Origin: Nitrospinota bacterium
GTDB taxonomy: Bacteria; Nitrospinota_A; UBA7883; JACRLM01
Length of the DNA stretch: 36,496 bases
Reading direction: 5' to 3'
Assembly (NCBI GenBank): GCA_015231995.1
Contig: JADGAO010000002.1
Location: forward strand, 2,500 to 38,995
The notes beneath the pieces are model-generated. The model was not told the DNA's origin. It did not search any database and was given only the letters and a program-made list of their open reading frames with translations. Below, piece by piece: positions 35,742 to 36,496 of this stretch; within the stretch, counting starts at the first letter, position 1, and each line of letters begins with the position of its first letter. A program made the position numbers and the translations under genes.

Positions 35742-36228
35742 CGCTGGCGAAAGCCTCTTTGAGGGTGTGGTACGTCTCCTCCAGACATTGCGGAATGACG
35801 CGCACGCCGCCGACGGCGGTCATGAAGTTGATGTCGCCGCTCCAGCGGGGGACGATGTGGACGTGCAGATGCTCGTCAATTCCAGCGCCGCCAGCTTTGC
35901 CGAGGTTTACGCCGATGTTGAACCCGTCCGGTTTCATCGCTTTTTTCAGGGCGCGCACGGCCCGCGCGGTAAGCTCGGCGGATTCGGCCAGCTCGGCGGA
36001 GGTGAGGTTTTCGTAATCGGACAGGTGGCGGAAGGGGACGATCATCAGGTGCCCGTTGTTGTATGGGTAGAGGTTCATAATTACGTAACAGGTCGTCCCA
36101 CGGTGGATGATGTGGTTGCGCTCGTCCTCGTCCATCTTCGGCATATCGCACAGGACGCACCCGTCCGGCTTTTCGCCCAATATGTAGCCGATGCGCCAGG
36201 GCGCCCACATGGTTTTTCCGCCGGACAT
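35734..36228 (-). CDS. HIT family protein (FHIT/Ap4A phosphorylase-like)
   Basis: WAPWR, CVLC, NLYPYNNGHL, HLHVHIVPRW; overlaps the mutS start. Start is 36210-36243. Confidence 0.9.
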   Translation of the reverse strand: MSGGKTMWAPWRIGYILGEKPDGCVLCDMPKMDEDERNHIIHRGTTCYVIMNLYPYNNGHLMIVPFRHLSDYENLTSAELAESAELTARAVRALKKAMKPDGFNIGVNLGKAGGAGIDEHLHVHIVPRWSGDINFMTAVGGVRVIPQCLEETYHTLKEAFASVE

Positions 36229-36440
36229 TACGAGTCTCCCCACCGATGGTTTTATGGACGGGCGGGATGATCCATCCGTCCGGGTTTAATTATACATGGG
36301 ATGGGGAGTCATGCGGCGTGGTTTGGCTTTCCACATTTTGCCCTGCGGACTTATTGGAATAATGAACCTGCTCTGGCAACCATTTCCCTTTCTCCCTAGC
36401 AAGGAGACCTTTGCATAAATCGTTGACCAATGATCCTGCC

Positions 36441-36482
36441 CCCTCTCCCGCGCCATATCGCGGGAGAGGGTTGGGGTGAGGG
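36441..36482. repeat. CCCTCTCCC/GGGAGAGGG palindromic element
   Basis: Perfect 12-bp stem CCCTCTCCCGCG-CCATAT-CGCGGGAGAGGG followed by TTGGGGTGAGGG. Confidence 0.7.
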
Positions 36483-36496
36483 CTACAAACAGTGTT

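Overview
A gene-dense bacterial chromosome segment. The gene content (RomR-like regulator, CBS-domain tRNA nucleotidyltransferase, multiheme lipoprotein, sigma54 promoters) suggests a diderm Desulfobacterota/Nitrospinota-like organism; this is inference only. In order, it holds: the start of a Lol-like ABC permease plus a LolA-like protein; yaeQ; an NYN-aguB-aguA (agmatine to putrescine) run; an orphan ATP-grasp enzyme; a DHH-CBS tRNA nucleotidyltransferase; a four-gene cluster of lysine 2,3-aminomutase, two non-canonical Ddl-like ATP-grasp ligases and a GNAT; a degenerate NifU, an SRPBCC gene and sufBCDSU behind a candidate sigma54 promoter; a NarX/PilJ-type hybrid kinase; a TolC-HlyD-ABC-2 exporter; romR; a 10-heme lipoprotein with a UAS-IHF-sigma54 promoter; an aspartyl protease; mscL with a Cys4 tail; mutS; and a HIT protein. 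The best candidate for an undescribed system is the KamA/2xATP-grasp/GNAT cluster, a likely beta-lysine amide/peptide pathway. The intergenic spaces carry at least four families of short palindromic repeats, including a hairpin family whose copies differ by compensatory base-pair changes. No transposase, CRISPR array or complete tRNA/rRNA was seen.
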